Assembly: GCA_046292645.1 (NCBI GenBank)
Contig: JBKBQO010000009.1
Coordinates: forward strand, 19,552-83,551
Source of the DNA: Brevundimonas sp.
GTDB lineage: Bacteria > Pseudomonadota > Alphaproteobacteria > Caulobacterales > Caulobacteraceae
Direction: 5' to 3'
DNA length: 64,000 nt
Positions 63,341-64,000 of this stretch are shown in pieces. The notes under the pieces were generated by a model that worked only from the letters and a program-made list of their open reading frames with translations, was not told the origin of the DNA and made no database searches. Both the position numbers and the translations under genes were made by a program. Numbering within the stretch: the stretch's first letter is position 1; each line of letters starts with the position of its first letter.

Positions 63341-64000
63341 TCAGAAACGACGCCAGAGAGCGACAACGGGGCCGCCGCTTTCCGGCGTTTCGCGGCCCGA
63401 AACAGTCTGCCGCCAGCCCGCCTGCAGGCTCCAGTCGCCGAACCTTCGCACCACGGACGCCTCGACGGATAACCACCGCGGCCCGTCGTCGTCCGCCTGG
63501 CCGCCATAGGCCTGGGCCAGAGCCATCCAGTCATCGCCCAGGTGAAGTCCTGCCGTGGCGTCGACGCGCGTCTCGTCCGGCAGGCCGCTACGCATCCGCC
63601 GCGCCGCCTGAAGATCGACAAACGAGCCGCTCGAACCCCATCGACCAAAGCCGCCGAACGCCCGGCCGAGGGCGGCCCGCACCTCCCAGTCGCTGTCGCC
63701 CTGGCCGGGCGCGGCATAGCCCGCATTGCGGCCCTCGCCACCATCGGCATAGCCGGCGTAAAGGCTGAAGGCCGTCCGGTCGTCGCGCCAGGCCTGCCAG
63801 GTGACGCCGATCTCGGCGGGCCCCCGGCCCTCATAGTCGACGAAGGCGTCCTCGCCCGACTGCCAGTCCCCCTTGAACTGCAGGGTCAGTCGGTCGGTCA
63901 GGCCGTATTCGACGAACACCCCCAGCGTGCGGTCGAGCCGCTCGGCTGGAAGGTCGGCCAACGCGCCGTCCGGATCGAATCCGCGCACCGCCCGCATGTC
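63341..64000 (-). CDS. hypothetical outer-membrane beta-barrel-like protein (start lies beyond window end)
   Basis: VEYGLTDRLT, alternating beta-strand pattern, C-terminal ALWRRF; frame open to the window edge. Confidence 0.7.
   Translation of the reverse strand, partial: DMRAVRGFDPDGALADLPAERLDRTLGVFVEYGLTDRLTLQFKGDWQSGEDAFVDYEGRGPAEIGVTWQAWRDDRTAFSLYAGYADGGEGRNAGYAAPGQGDSDWEVRAALGRAFGGFGRWGSSGSFVDLQAARRMRSGLPDETRVDATAGLHLGDDWMALAQAYGGQADDDGPRWLSVEASVVRRFGDWSLQAGWRQTVSGRETPESGGPVVALWRRF

Overview
High-GC alphaproteobacterial chromosome segment, most consistent with Caulobacteraceae (Brevundimonas-like). Support: tig-clpP-cicA-clpX-lon synteny, CIR-type intergenic repeats and EcfG/SigT-type promoters. 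Content is mostly housekeeping: proteostasis genes (tig, clpP, clpX, lon, clpS-clpA, J-domain proteins), pdxH, aroC, udk, rpsF-rpsR-rplI, dnaB, feoAB, RND and ABC efflux systems, tRNA-Ser(CGA) and tRNA-Thr(TGT). I saw no transposase, integrase, prophage or CRISPR array. The most striking unexplained element is a ~350-nt non-coding segment (about 44357-44717) that folds by eye into a compact multi-domain RNA with complementary ends and A-rich loops, matching no RNA class I can identify. Also notable: an oxoprolinase-DUF969-DUF979-DUF2891 operon, an EgtB-EgtD fusion downstream of a PLP enzyme, three small genes each with an EcfG-type promoter, a DUF2239 gene whose promoter is overlapped by an inverted repeat, and cobS without an adjacent cobT. 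All family calls come from reading motifs by eye; no database search was run.
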